Below, piece after piece: positions 8,676-17,258 of a DNA stretch of 28,861 nucleotides (positions within the stretch are counted from its first letter, which is position 1; each line of letters begins with the position of its first letter). This DNA comes from an uncultured Chroococcidiopsis sp. (GTDB taxonomy: Bacteria; Cyanobacteriota; Cyanobacteriia; Cyanobacteriales; Chroococcidiopsidaceae). A model generated the notes under the pieces. It did no database searches. It was given only the letters and a program-made list of their open reading frames with translations, and was not told where the DNA came from. The translations under genes and the position numbers were made by a program. The stretch spans positions 1-28,861 of the forward strand of contig CAXTYC010000052.1 of assembly GCA_964248365.1 (NCBI GenBank). Reading direction: 5' to 3'.

Positions 8676-9236
8676 TCAAAGTTTCCAAAACAGTTTAGAG
8701 ATGCTTTTAAGCGATTGCGGCTGTGGTGCTGCCTGGGTGTGAGACAGTGATGAAGATTGGTCTACGATGAGTGTAGGTAATATCAGTTGTTGTAGTAACT
8801 GTATTTGATAATCTACTGCTGCAACATTGCGATAAATAGTGGCAGGATCAATACTCATTCCTAGCGGTGTAGGAATAATAGTGAGATACTCGTTGAGAGC
8901 TTTTAGGTAGTTTGGGTCGTTAAAGCTACGGTGCTGTATGTGCGGTTTAATTTGAGCTAATAACTGTAGGGCGCGAACTGCTTGTAGCTGTTCTGGTGAT
9001 TGTGGTTGGGACTGTTTATAACCCTTTTGTTTTTTTGTAGCAGCTAAAGTTTGGAGCTTGTTGATAGCTTGAATATAAGAAGCACAATTATAAACTTTAG
9101 TTTGTCCAGAGTAACCAACCCTGCCCCAACTCGTTTCGAGTGTACCATCAATGTTTGCTTTTGCACTCCAATATTTGTTGCTGTTAGCTCTAGCATCAGC
9201 AAAAACTAAATAAATTTCTGAGGATATTTGATTCAT
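8676..9236 (-). CDS. WGR-domain protein with a PARP-regulatory-like helical domain, no catalytic domain
   Basis: NSNKYW, SWGRVG, KKQKGY (WGR), then LNEYLTIIPTPLGM...VDYQIQLLQQL. Likely start is ATG 9236. Confidence 0.8.
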   Translation of the reverse strand: MNQISSEIYLVFADARANSNKYWSAKANIDGTLETSWGRVGYSGQTKVYNCASYIQAINKLQTLAATKKQKGYKQSQPQSPEQLQAVRALQLLAQIKPHIQHRSFNDPNYLKALNEYLTIIPTPLGMSIDPATIYRNVAAVDYQIQLLQQLILPTLIVDQSSSLSHTQAAPQPQSLKSISKLFWKL

Positions 9237-9316
9237 GTAAAATACAACATGATTACTAATAAAAACTGTAACCCTCAGTTTCAAACCAAGGGTTCATCTG
9301 CATTTTGTTGAGAAAA

Positions 9317-10951
9317 CTAACCACGCATTTTAGGTGTACGCAAGCTATTCTTACTGGTTTTACTCGATTCGCTACTACTAGCAGGACGAGCCAATTTTGC
9401 CCATTCAAGCATTCTTTCTACTGCTTGCTTATCCCCAATTGCCAGTGGAGTAATTGCAACGCGACAAGTCTCTAAGTCCGCCAAATTAATCTGTTGAGGT
9501 CGTCCGGCATCAAAAGCAAGCGTTGCAGCTTCAGCAGCTAGGTTTTCAAGTTCTGACCCACTGAATTTATCTGACTTATTTGCGATCGCCTCGATGTATT
9601 CATCTGGTACGCAGCAGCCGAACCGTGCTAGATGGATATTTAGGATAGAAGCGCGTTCTTGTGCTGTGGGGAGGTCAACAAAGAAATTTTCATCAAACCT
9701 GCCTTGGCGCTTGAACTCGCTTGGCAATGCTGTCAGATCATTGGCAGTAGCAACCACAAATACGCCGCCCTCTGACTCTGACATAAAAGTGAGGATGGTT
9801 CCTAAGATTCGTTGGGAAACACCAGAAGTGTCGGCGGTCCCACAGAGTGCCTTATCTACCTCATCTAGCCATAGTACACAGGGTTTGATTGCCTGGGCTG
9901 TTTTCAAGGCACGACGAATATTACCCTCTGATTCACCTACCAAAGAACCAAACATACTAGCTACATCTAGTTTCAGCAGCGGCAAATTGAGAATTGAGGC
10001 AACATTTTTCGCCAATAAACTCTTACCAGTCCCAGGTGGACCAGCTAGTAGTACCCCTTTTGGCAGTGGTAGGTTATGTTGCCTTGCCTCTTGGGTGAAC
10101 AATCGACGGCGGCGTAGTAGCCAATCTCGAAATAAGTCTAGTCCACCAAAAGGTGTTGTAGCTGGTTTACCTAGCTCAATGCCTAGCCCAGCCAACTTCC
10201 GTGTCTTATATTCAACTACAGATGGAATAATATTAGGTGGGATCGCAATACTTTTTTTGCATACCTTTGGCTCGACTTGAAGCTTAATATGCAATCGCAG
10301 AAAGTCGGAAATTTCTTCTAAAGTTAGACCTAAACTTGCTCTTGCCAACTCTTCAGTTTGAGTCTTATTAAGTTCGATCTTCCAGTCGATTCCTTGTTCT
10401 AGAGCAGCTTCTTCTAGGAAAGGCAAGTAATCTTCTAGGTGATTGAGAATTTGATTAACGCCAGGTAGAGGCATTTCGCTGACTGGAATTAGTCGCGCTA
10501 GAGCTTCGTGCAGCTCAATTCCTTGCCCGATCAAAACAATCCGCTTATCGGTTGGCTTTAATAGGTGGTACAAATTTTTAACTCGCGTTAGTACTTCCCA
10601 ACTAAGTGTGTTAGAATTCTTGCCAATGAATGGGTGTATGTCACCCAGGATAAACATTCCAGCTTCATTAAAGCTCTGAATATACTCGAAAATGTGTAGC
10701 AGTGGATCGGCATGGGGTGGTCGCTTGTATGCCTCAAAAGAGTCGAACATAAGTCCACCATCGTGTTTGCTGATTCCAACCAGGTCTAGACCGCTTGTTC
10801 CTAAATTCCAAAAGTAGACTGGGATCTCAAGCCGTGCCACAGTCTCGACCTGAATATGGCGGATGATGGTCAATTCTTCTGGAGCGAGTACGTCAATAGC
10901 AACGATTGGGATTTGAGATGCAAGAGTTGGGATGAGGTGTTCTAGTTGCAT
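9317..10951 (-). CDS. Ycf46-type AAA+ ATPase (degenerate N-terminal AAA plus active C-terminal AAA)
   Basis: GGLD, PKGVLLAGPPGTGKS (Walker A), LWLDEVDK (Walker B), VVATAN, RQGRFDENFFVDLP. Confidence 0.92.
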   Translation of the reverse strand: MQLEHLIPTLASQIPIVAIDVLAPEELTIIRHIQVETVARLEIPVYFWNLGTSGLDLVGISKHDGGLMFDSFEAYKRPPHADPLLHIFEYIQSFNEAGMFILGDIHPFIGKNSNTLSWEVLTRVKNLYHLLKPTDKRIVLIGQGIELHEALARLIPVSEMPLPGVNQILNHLEDYLPFLEEAALEQGIDWKIELNKTQTEELARASLGLTLEEISDFLRLHIKLQVEPKVCKKSIAIPPNIIPSVVEYKTRKLAGLGIELGKPATTPFGGLDLFRDWLLRRRRLFTQEARQHNLPLPKGVLLAGPPGTGKSLLAKNVASILNLPLLKLDVASMFGSLVGESEGNIRRALKTAQAIKPCVLWLDEVDKALCGTADTSGVSQRILGTILTFMSESEGGVFVVATANDLTALPSEFKRQGRFDENFFVDLPTAQERASILNIHLARFGCCVPDEYIEAIANKSDKFSGSELENLAAEAATLAFDAGRPQQINLADLETCRVAITPLAIGDKQAVERMLEWAKLARPASSSESSKTSKNSLRTPKMRG

Positions 10952-11026
10952 AATTCTAGGAATAACTCTGCGACGGACTAAAACATTAGGTTTCTGGAGA
11001 AAGGATAATCCCCAGAAACTTAGCTG

Positions 11027-11242
11027 TTACTGACGGGTTCGTTGTTGTTGAGACTGTGTTGTGCGACTGATTTGGCGGATCTGTGCCTCTGGTTTATAAG
11101 CGCGATCGCTTTCTTTGACAACGCCTAACGCCTCTTCAAAGGGTTGAGTTGCTTCCAGGCAAGAGTGTCCCTCAAAACCTTGCGCTTCGATTTCAACCGC
11201 ACCTGTCGTTTTATTGAAATGGATTAAAATAGCTCTTTCCAT
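11027..11242 (-). CDS. DUF2997-family small protein
   Basis: GAVEIEAQGFEGHSCLEATQPFEEALG; GGAG RBS before ATG 11242; lies between DUF1257 and the AAA gene. Confidence 0.82.
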   Translation of the reverse strand: MERAILIHFNKTTGAVEIEAQGFEGHSCLEATQPFEEALGVVKESDRAYKPEAQIRQISRTTQSQQQRTRQ

Positions 11243-11250
11243 TTTTTCTC

Positions 11251-11700
11251 CTATCGACGTTGATATTGCCTCACTTGTTGATGAGCGGCAAAAGTGAGTT
11301 TTAGCGTATGCCCTGTTTCGGTTGGAATCGGCGTGATAGTACAAGCCCCTAGTTTTTCTTCTAGCTGGGTGGCTTTAGCGCGAATGGCGTGTTCGGCGTA
11401 CTTTTCTAACAATCGATGCGTGAAAAAGTTGCTCCCCAACCGAGGTGTCGTTTCGTAACTATCGTGGATTAAATCATATACACCAGTACAATCATTCCAC
11501 CTAAAGCCAATATCGGCGTGGGTGCGGATCGTCCTACCAAAAACTATAATTTCCGCACTGTATTCACCAAGATTACCGTAGTAGCCAGTCAAAGGTTGCG
11601 GTGTATCAAAGACTTTCGGTTGCAGCTCCTCATCTGTTAGTGCCGCTACTAAATATTCTTTATTGCTGAGCTTTGTACTAACTTGTGAAAAGTGAGACAC
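11251..11700 (-). CDS. DUF1257 (Ycf35-like) protein
   Basis: MSHFSQVSTKL...LVAAL, DIGFRWN...YDLIHD; AGGAG RBS before GTG. Confidence 0.88.
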   Translation of the reverse strand: MSHFSQVSTKLSNKEYLVAALTDEELQPKVFDTPQPLTGYYGNLGEYSAEIIVFGRTIRTHADIGFRWNDCTGVYDLIHDSYETTPRLGSNFFTHRLLEKYAEHAIRAKATQLEEKLGACTITPIPTETGHTLKLTFAAHQQVRQYQRR

Positions 11701-11851
11701 AAGACATCTCCTTTGTAATCTGTCTTATTTGATTGGACGCAAGATCGACATTGAGCAGCATAAGTAGCCCCTACATGAAACCTGCTCAAAATTGGTCAGC
11801 CGTTGCATTTTGGTGGCTAGAGAGTACTGGTTTGTTGCAAATATTCTCAAA

Positions 11852-11901
11852 AAGCCACCGCCATTCTCCTGCCGTTTAACGGCAGGAGCGTGTGGCGGCT
11901 T
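11852..11901. repeat. GC-rich palindrome/hairpin
   Basis: CTCCTGCCGTT-T-AACGGCAGGAG (11866-11888) inside outer arms AAGCC...GGCTT. Confidence 0.7.
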
Positions 11902-11996
11902 CGCCAAAATGCATGAGAGATCTGAGGCTGGAATAGTAGATCTTTGGTACGGCTGACCAATTTTGAGTAACTTTTTCGTAACCGCCCTGATTGGAC

Positions 11997-13094
11997 TCAC
12001 GCAGACAAATTCATTCGGGCTAGAGCAGCTCTTGTAATGCCCATATCATCACTGGCTAATAATTTTTGCTGTTCTGCTTCTAGCTCGGCTTTAATCGCAT
12101 CAATTTGAGCTTGCAACTGCGCTCTACCATCAAAACTGAGGCTGTCGTTATTTTGTTCTACAGTGCTTTTAACAGAGTTGAGTTTGTCAAACACCTCGTT
12201 TAATGTTCCATCTACATCAGTTCCTAGTAGTGCTTCTAAGCGCTCCAGATGATTTTGAATTCCAGTTTTGATTCGTTTGCTAGCCTTGCCTGCTTCAAAC
12301 TTAGAAAGTGATTTGAGCAAATTGCCTATCATCTGCTGGCATTCAATCCGAGCGCCATTGACTATTTCTTGTTGTAATTTTTGGATATCTTGGGCGCGTT
12401 GCTCTTGGATTTCGGCAACAATCCTAGCAGCGCGATCGCGGTTGATTGCTTCTTGTTTTTTAGCTTGGGCATCAACTAAAGTGGCTTCAACCGATAGTTG
12501 TGATTCGATACTGGGGATGAGTTCAAACGCGCCTAAAGAAACTTGCAGATAATTTTGCAAATCTGCAATATCTGGAAACTTGTCTAACAAAGCCTCCAAA
12601 TGAGTTTCGACTTGAGTAGCACTTAAACCAAACTTTTGATTGGCAAGTAAGTGACGCACTCTAATGGTAAATTCTTCTTTGCCAGGTTCGTATTGGGCTG
12701 CCAATTCTTGTCGTAATTGTTCTGCGGTTTGCTTCAGTGCTTGAAAATTGTTCCAAACCTCTGGTAGTTTTGTAGCGGTACAGGCAGTGCGCCCTTCAGC
12801 CCGTAGCATTTTATTATAGATGCAAGCGCGATCGCTAGCCAGTTTTTGAGCAGCATCTTTGAGCGCCTTAAATAAAGGGATTGATGAGAGCTTGGCTTCG
12901 CTTGCTTTAATCTCCTCTAGTTCTTGACCACTGAATCCAAGCGTTTCCCATTTAATGGAGGTGGTAGCAGAAGTGCCACTGAGATTGATTTCTAAAATGT
13001 ACAAATCTTGCTTCATGCGGTTTAGGTTTCTTAGCCGCATTACTGGCTGAAAATCGTGTACATCTCTTGATTGAACAGCAGTTATTTGGGTCAT
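11997..13094 (-). CDS. Coiled-coil-rich protein, DUF3150-like
   Basis: 365-aa ORF. N-terminal beta-like segment (LYILEINLSG...WETLG) followed by long heptad helices and a KFP motif; first gene of the DUF1257/DUF2997/AAA cluster. Family call is by resemblance only. Confidence 0.55.
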   Translation of the reverse strand: MTQITAVQSRDVHDFQPVMRLRNLNRMKQDLYILEINLSGTSATTSIKWETLGFSGQELEEIKASEAKLSSIPLFKALKDAAQKLASDRACIYNKMLRAEGRTACTATKLPEVWNNFQALKQTAEQLRQELAAQYEPGKEEFTIRVRHLLANQKFGLSATQVETHLEALLDKFPDIADLQNYLQVSLGAFELIPSIESQLSVEATLVDAQAKKQEAINRDRAARIVAEIQEQRAQDIQKLQQEIVNGARIECQQMIGNLLKSLSKFEAGKASKRIKTGIQNHLERLEALLGTDVDGTLNEVFDKLNSVKSTVEQNNDSLSFDGRAQLQAQIDAIKAELEAEQQKLLASDDMGITRAALARMNLSA

Positions 13095-13228
13095 TGCAAT
13101 TACTTAATTACTTCAAAATTAAGCGGCGCGTCAGCGCCATCATTATTTACTTCAGCACTATAGTTAGGCTTAAACCTACCCAAAATGCGTCAAGGAAAGC
13201 AGTAGCTTGTTCGCAGTGTGCGATCGCT

Positions 13229-13306
13229 TTAAAACGGAACATCTGGGCTATCGCTGCCATCGCCGCCACTGTTAGTAATAGTTAGATTTGTCTTGACTTG
13301 AGTTGG
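13229..13306 (-). pseudogene. 3'-end relic of a paralogue of the 14013-15020 gene
   Basis: Encodes PTQVKTNLTITNSGGDGSDSPDVPF*, versus TNTGGDGSDSPDISF* in the intact gene; shared DNA ATCTGGGCTATCGCTGCCATCGCC. Confidence 0.85.
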
Positions 13307-13354
13307 CATTGTGCCTATTTCATTGCTATTGGCATTGTGCCTATTTCATTGCTA
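13303..13354 (+). repeat. Perfect 26-bp tandem duplication
   Basis: TTGGCATTGTGCCTATTTCATTGCTA twice (13303-13328, 13329-13354). Confidence 0.95.
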
Positions 13355-13461
13355 GTTGTGGAGGTGTTACCGTAGACCAGTTAAAGCAATACGTTCAACA
13401 ACAAGACCCCCCAGCTGACGAAGTTCTTGCCAAGGCTTCATCTGTAAATATTTACACATGA
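13330..13461 (+). pseudogene. tnpA: IS200/IS605 TnpA (Y1 transposase) C-terminal remnant
   Basis: Translates WHCAYFIASCGGVTVDQLKQYVQQQ, matching the TnpA W...YF..S.G...YxxxQ C-terminal motif. Confidence 0.8.
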
Positions 13462-13569
13462 AGTGATCGCACGAGCAATTGAAATTTCTGCCCTAGATGT
13501 AAGTTCTCTAAAATAGATAGGTCGGTTTAGCCAAAAGCTACCTTAGTATCGCTTTTGGTTTGAGGGTAT

Positions 13570-13926
13570 ATGAAACTTACACCTATTCTGATTGGGAGTG
13601 GGCTAGGTATAGCTTGTAGTATATTTAGCATGAACCTATTAGATTCCAGCATTGCTAGTGCCGATTCTCACCCAAATGGTCGCCACAGAGCAAATACTCT
13701 TTCCTACCCAAGAAGTTCCAAGCCTTTGATTGAGAAAGGCCAAATTCGGCATCAAACTCCAACTCCTTATTTGCAACAACAGCAACAGTTGAATCTCAAC
13801 CAAAAAAGATACCAGCAAAACATTAACTCGTTGGAGAACCTGCCCTCGTCACGAGTAGATTGCCGCCCTATATCAACACCGATACCTAATTTCGATCCAG
13901 ATCCGATTTCATGCTCCAAACCTTAA
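13570..13926 (+). CDS. Hypothetical exported protein
   Basis: GAGG RBS; hydrophobic N-terminus ending ASA; Q/P-rich mature part. Confidence 0.55.
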   Translation: MKLTPILIGSGLGIACSIFSMNLLDSSIASADSHPNGRHRANTLSYPRSSKPLIEKGQIRHQTPTPYLQQQQQLNLNQKRYQQNINSLENLPSSRVDCRPISTPIPNFDPDPISCSKP

Positions 13927-14012
13927 ACGCTCAAGTAGTTAGTGCGATTGCAACCGCAAGAGATAAGTATGCGGTTGCGATCGCACTTGAGAGTAATGGC
14001 AGTATTCTAAAC

Positions 14013-15020
14013 TCAGAACGAAATATCTGGGCTATCGCTGCCATCGCCACCAGTATTAGTATTTGTAGTGCGTGTAGTATGCGTGGGAGAGATTGGGGCT
14101 GACACCGCAACTTCGTCAGGCTGGAAAGAGATGGGGGTAGCAGACTTGATTGGCTCAGGCGCAAACAAGCTGGTTCTGGCTGAATCGTTTTCTACATAGT
14201 CATGGGTTTCTTCTCGTATACCAGAGGGTAGAGCAGCCATATCTTCACTCCCCGCAATTGCCCCAACCGACAAAATATCGATCTTCTGCCCAGGTTCGAG
14301 CGCTGCCCAAGTGTAGTCTTTCAAATGCGTATAACCGATGAAATAACTCGTCCAGTTCTCTACAGTGGGTTTTTCATGACTGACAACGCGACAGCACCAG
14401 GACTTATTTTGTTTTTCGCCAACTAATTCGGGTTTTGTGGTAAAACAAAACACTCCTAAACAGTGAAATAAATCGTTCTTTGGTTTAGCCGTAACAGAAT
14501 TAGTCAGAGCGTGACAGGCTTCTAATTCGCCCTTGAAAGCACGTCGTTCGAGTTCAAAAGTTGCTCCATTAACTCCTCTTGCGGCATACTTGAGTGGAGA
14601 CGTATGCAATGGATTGTTATTTTCATCTAAGAAGAAAACCAAGTAAACTCTCTCAGTTTTGATATTAGGATCGTCTTTGAGAAAAGCATCGTACAACCCA
14701 ACAGTCACTCTAGTCCTTTGCTGTTCAGAAGCTTTAACGTCGTACTGATACAAATCTGTTTTGGGGCAGCAGAGAAGACGAGGGTTTTGAATTAAGATGC
14801 CTTGTTCGGTTGCGCCAGAACGAAACGTATGTTCGATTAATGCAGTCTCATCAAACGATACCCATCCGCATCTTGCCATTGTGCTGACAGGAATAAAATA
14901 ACCGCAATGCGCGCGATCGTTCAAAACAATAACTGTGGGTAATGAAGCATTCTTGTCTATGTATTCATCACTGACAAAAGGATCGACTTCAATTGGACTT
15001 GAATCAGTTATATTGCTCAT
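14013..15020 (-). CDS. DUF5895-like protein with an SSB-like acidic C-terminal tail
   Basis: DPFVSDEY, CGYFIP, GILIQNPR, FLDENNNPLH..PL, typical of this cyanobacterial plasmid family; disordered linker ending DGSDSPDISF. Confidence 0.7.
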   Translation of the reverse strand: MSNITDSSPIEVDPFVSDEYIDKNASLPTVIVLNDRAHCGYFIPVSTMARCGWVSFDETALIEHTFRSGATEQGILIQNPRLLCCPKTDLYQYDVKASEQQRTRVTVGLYDAFLKDDPNIKTERVYLVFFLDENNNPLHTSPLKYAARGVNGATFELERRAFKGELEACHALTNSVTAKPKNDLFHCLGVFCFTTKPELVGEKQNKSWCCRVVSHEKPTVENWTSYFIGYTHLKDYTWAALEPGQKIDILSVGAIAGSEDMAALPSGIREETHDYVENDSARTSLFAPEPIKSATPISFQPDEVAVSAPISPTHTTRTTNTNTGGDGSDSPDISF

Positions 15021-15194
15021 TGTTTTTAGTTTGATTTGAATCGAAGGCAGTGTTTTCGATTAGCGCCAAATATTTGTTTTGAACGGTAAATGCGCTGTTT
15101 CTGTGACAAAACAGTTGATCTAGAAAAGAGATCATGTTTCAATTAGCTAGCTCGAACAAAATAATTTCGTTGCAGTTCTACGAAGGCGCTGCTA

Positions 15195-15641
15195 CTACAA
15201 ATTCATCACTAAATCCTGTGGTAGGATTTGAGCTTGTGATGAAATTGCTTGCAGAGTAGCTGTTTTAAGAATGCGATGATGTAGCGGAATTACGCAGGTG
15301 TTCGTGATATCGAATGAATTCTTTTGCATTACCATTAAACCCCGCACTCGGCTAAATCCCATGTTTTCCAATAGACGAACCGCCCGCCACGCCGAAATTT
15401 CAATTGGCGGGAAATAAGGTAGCGTCTCTGCGGCTCGACGATCTACAATCTCAAAGTGAATAGAGCGCGGGTTAATTTCTGGCAAGGCAATGCTGGTGTA
15501 AACTCTATTGAGAATACGCAGATTGGCAATTGCTTCTGCCTCGGTCGCTCCTTGTTCTACTATCCCAAACTCAGGGCAAGCGGCTACGTAAATTGCTCCT
15601 TGCTGTGTGACGATCGCACTTTGGACTTGATTTTCTAGCAT
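15195..15641 (-). CDS. HicB-like domain fused to a degenerate HicA-like domain
   Basis: N-terminal YVAACPEFGIVEQGATEAEAIANL (HicB RNase H-like fold); C-terminal ISAWRAVRLLENMGF...CVIPLH..LKTATLQAISSQA (HicA-like, lacking GSH). Likely start is ATG 15641. Confidence 0.72.
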   Translation of the reverse strand: MLENQVQSAIVTQQGAIYVAACPEFGIVEQGATEAEAIANLRILNRVYTSIALPEINPRSIHFEIVDRRAAETLPYFPPIEISAWRAVRLLENMGFSRVRGLMVMQKNSFDITNTCVIPLHHRILKTATLQAISSQAQILPQDLVMNL

Positions 15642-15755
15642 AGCGATACCTGTTTTATTGCTAATTGGAAAAATGTATCGACTTTGCGTATCTGCGGAAT
15701 TACAAACAGTTAAGCTACAGTTTTTCAAATGCTGTGCAAGCGCTAGAAGCAAACA

Positions 15756-15941
15756 TTATCCAAAGCGGGCTTGCTTAAGAATACGGCGCAGAGTACCGAC
15801 GGGAATATCTTGGGAGCGCTTGCTGGGTAAGGTTACTAAACCAGAGGCAATAGGATGCTTGAACTGACGATGGCTGCCTCTGATTCTGGCTAGGAACCAG
15901 CCGTGGTCCTCTAATTCTCGAATTGCTTCGCAAACTTTCAT
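15756..15941 (-). CDS. hicA: HicA-family toxin (mRNA interferase)
   Basis: GW...RGSHRQFKHP...VTLP...DIPVGTLRRILKQA. Confidence 0.92.
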   Translation of the reverse strand: MKVCEAIRELEDHGWFLARIRGSHRQFKHPIASGLVTLPSKRSQDIPVGTLRRILKQARFG

Positions 15942-16049
15942 GAGGATTAAATGGGTTGCAGAAATACTCGAAAGTGCCTGGCTTTCGGACGCTGCTGGAA
16001 GTAAAGTAATGATGCAACGTCCTAATAAATTCGTGCCTAGCCGTCTACT

Positions 16050-16874
16050 CTACGGCGCAAATGTAGCTAAAACTAATTCTCGATGCGAGCAGCGTAATTC
16101 TTCCGCCGCTTTGTACTTCTGGGCAATTCGTTCCGCCTCCTCGTGGTTTGATGCCCTACCAGCATGAGTTTTACCTACCCAAACCTCGTACCACTGCCAC
16201 TTAGCATTCCAAGTAACTGACCACTGGGGAGGAGCGGCAGTTTCCGGTTGCTCCTTTGAATTGAGAATATCGTTGTATCCAGCCAAATAACCTTGAGAAT
16301 AATGGCAAGTAGCTTCGATGCATATCGGTGGCATTTGGTTAGCTGCGTCGAGTTTACCGTGCGCTAGCCCGCTTTCGTACTTTTCAACTGCCTGCCAATC
16401 CAAGCGAAGTTGGCAACCAGTTGAATCACCAGCCCATCCTACTGGGTGTTGTGCTTGCTTTGTTGCTGATAAGTTGGATTGTGTTTGTTGCGGCTGCGGT
16501 TGTGGTGTTAGTGCGTCCTCCCAGGAGTGCTGCTGAATTTGCAATCGATGAGCGTGGAAGGTTTCGATGTTGATTGGAATGGCGCGGTGCAGCTGGATTT
16601 GATACCACACGGTATCGCCTGCTAGAGCAATGTTGGTGATGTCTGCTGCTGTTAATTGCTCTGGTGTGCCATAGGTGCATTTGTCCCAACTGATGACTGC
16701 TGCTGCTAGAGCGTAGTCTCGCAGGTAAGCTTCGTCTTCAGTAGTAATGCTGCGACTGGGGTTGATGACACTCCGATATTGAGTGGAAGCGACCGCCAAT
16801 ATTTGCTGTTTCTCTTGGCTGGCCCAGGTTTTTGAAGCTTGATCTGGTGAAGTTAGTTTCTGTTGAGTTACCAT
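16050..16874 (-). CDS. Hypothetical protein, first large gene of the leftward block
   Basis: 274-aa ATG-start ORF with an AGGT RBS-like site. Confidence 0.75.
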   Translation of the reverse strand: MVTQQKLTSPDQASKTWASQEKQQILAVASTQYRSVINPSRSITTEDEAYLRDYALAAAVISWDKCTYGTPEQLTAADITNIALAGDTVWYQIQLHRAIPINIETFHAHRLQIQQHSWEDALTPQPQPQQTQSNLSATKQAQHPVGWAGDSTGCQLRLDWQAVEKYESGLAHGKLDAANQMPPICIEATCHYSQGYLAGYNDILNSKEQPETAAPPQWSVTWNAKWQWYEVWVGKTHAGRASNHEEAERIAQKYKAAEELRCSHRELVLATFAP

Positions 16875-16896
16875 TTGAGTACCTAGTAATAGGAAT

Positions 16897-16944
16897 CAAA
16901 GCCTGTGGCGATCGCCCGTCGAAAGTTGACCGCTACAGGCTTTG
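16897..16944. repeat. HIP1-containing hairpin upstream of the 16874 gene
   Basis: CAAAGCCTGTGGCGATC ... GACCGCTACAGGCTTTG: 17-bp arms with 2 mismatches. Confidence 0.7.
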
Positions 16945-17171
16945 TAGTTTTTTTGGAATTTATTTCGGATATTCTGTAGACAGTGGCTGATAAGAAATTC
17001 ACAGCCACTATCTGTTTCATTAGAAAAGCCTTACACCACAGGGCATCTTCAATCAGCGTTCATCCCCTCGCGGGGCAACCTACGGTGTACTCTCGAAGGC
17101 GCGGTATCTTCCAAGGGAAGGTTTTCCAGTTCCGCCGCTGTCAAGCCAGCAGTAACTTTGATGCGCGATGT

Positions 17172-17252
17172 TTAGGTTGTTTTAAGTCTTTGTTTTTGCT
17201 GCAAACTCTGATTTTTGGTCAGGGCGAGGCTGTGAAGCCTTTCCTTATCCAT
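17172..17252 (-). CDS. Putative 26-aa leaderless upstream ORF
   Basis: MDKERLHSLALTKNQSLQQKQRLKTT*; its ATG falls at the predicted transcription start. Confidence 0.3.
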   Translation of the reverse strand: MDKERLHSLALTKNQSLQQKQRLKTT

Positions 17253-17258
17253 GCTTAT

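Noticed and set aside
9594..10280. 228-aa plus-strand ORF, and similar antisense ORFs (5798-6145, 6272-6577, 12268-12552, 18608-18895, 20058-20354, 27965-28387)
   Set aside because: Shadows of well-supported genes on the opposite strand.
11725..12000. 91-aa ORF between the DUF3150-like and DUF1257 genes
   Set aside because: It has a GTGA overlap but no recognisable motif and runs through a strong palindrome; I cannot support it as coding.
13303..13354. Direct repeat as a possible CRISPR array
   Set aside because: Only two abutting copies, no spacer and no cas genes; the sequence is TnpA coding DNA.
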